Shown here piece after piece: positions 63,077 to 64,000 of a stretch of DNA of 64,000 bases; positions within the stretch are counted from its first letter, which is position 1; each line of letters begins with the position of its first letter. The translations under genes and the position numbers were made by a program. The notes beneath the pieces were generated by a model. The model did not search any database. It was not told where the DNA came from and worked only from the letters and a program-made list of their open reading frames with translations. The stretch comes from Eledone cirrhosa (taxonomy: Eukaryota), in assembly GCA_964016885.1 (NCBI GenBank), contig OZ024752.1, positions 10,354,001-10,418,000 on the forward strand, read 5' to 3'.

Positions 63077-63255
63077 AATTGTTTCGACATTTGGCACGAG
63101 GCCAGCAAATACCCAATGCATTACTGGTAATTTATTTTATCAACCCCGTAAGGATGAAAAGCCAAGTTAACCTCGGCGGGATTTGAACTCAGAATGGAAA
63201 GGGCCGTAACTCTGTGTCAAAACATGGCAGTATCGGTTAGAGGGTCGGACGCCAA
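63077..63255 (-). mobile_element. SINE family 1 with small inversion of its head; TSD GTAAATAAT
   Basis: Family motifs; TGGCAGTATCGGTTAGAGGGTCGGACGCCA appears flipped at ~63224-63254. Confidence 0.8.
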
Positions 63256-63275
63256 GTAAATAATGTTTTGTTTAA

Positions 63276-63499
63276 AGGATACCATAATGTGAATTGGTAG
63301 GTAAATGCTAAAGATATAAATATAATGTCGGTATTGACATTGCAGTTTCTTTATATAGAGCTCAGAATTAATGTCGTCCATTTATATTTTTCGTAAAGGA
63401 TTGTACCTCGAAATTGAAAGGAGTATAATGAAGCGCAAGGAAACATTGCAACATCATACTTATGTTAACATTTACCTCCAATTCACATTGTAGTACCCT
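63276..63499. mobile_element. MITE with ~40-bp imperfect TIRs
   Basis: AGGATACCATAATGTGAATTGGTAGGTAAATG / CATTTACCTCCAATTCACATTGTAGTACCCT; TTAA on the left flank. Confidence 0.65.
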
Positions 63500-64000
63500 T
63501 CAGACACGACACTATATTCTACGTTTTACACAATGTATGAATCAAACTACAACAAGCATTTAATTTAGTATTTTAGAAAATTACAAAAGAAAAGTGGTTT
63601 AAATACCGGAATATAGTTTACGAAGGAAGTATACATCTTTAAAATTACCATCAAATTAATGCCAATAACAAAAACGCAAAGTTACTCATTAATAATCGTA
63701 GGAATACATCCCATTTTCGAATATATGTGAATTTTTATCCATCTATTTTCCAAATTCGATGCGTTGTTTGCTTGAAAATGGTTTAAAGTTGATACGTGTA
63801 TTACCCGAGTCTCCACAGCTTTTAATTATTTGTAAATCGCAAAGATGTGTCCTACATTTTCAGAGTCACTAGATCCTACAGAAATACATTTATGTGTGTG
63901 TTGTGGTTGTATTTCGTGTTAAACATTTTCTTTCCTCTTTGGGGTATATAGAATAGAATACAGTTAGAGTATTGATCGATATAGATTGTGATATTCCAGT

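Overview
AT-rich, repeat-saturated animal genomic DNA, probably intronic or intergenic. The dominant tRNA-derived SINE resembles octopus SINEs as I remember them, so an octopod cephalopod is likely (inference). There is no intact protein-coding gene; the long ORFs in the track are microsatellite artefacts. One credible 85-bp coding exon lies on the minus strand (3941-4025). The window holds about 26 copies of one SINE family, 7 CORE-type SINEs, decayed R4/Dong, RTE and CRE non-LTR retrotransposons, a Penelope-like (RT + GIY-YIG) remnant, Tc1/mariner remnants, a hAT MITE, a non-autonomous Helitron and four kb-scale purine-rich tracts. The main finding is a young array at 48416-50430: about 3 tandem copies plus 1 inverted, circularly permuted copy of a ~482-bp monomer. 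Each monomer carries a complete type I hammerhead ribozyme, and the array sits between (TA)n tracts and a 16-bp target-site duplication, as expected of a retrozyme-like circRNA retroelement. Around it are roughly ten further hammerhead or hammerhead-like motifs from several unrelated families, mostly in fold-back or partial-tandem inserts within (TA)n microsatellites. All RNA folds were derived by eye and need computational and biochemical confirmation.
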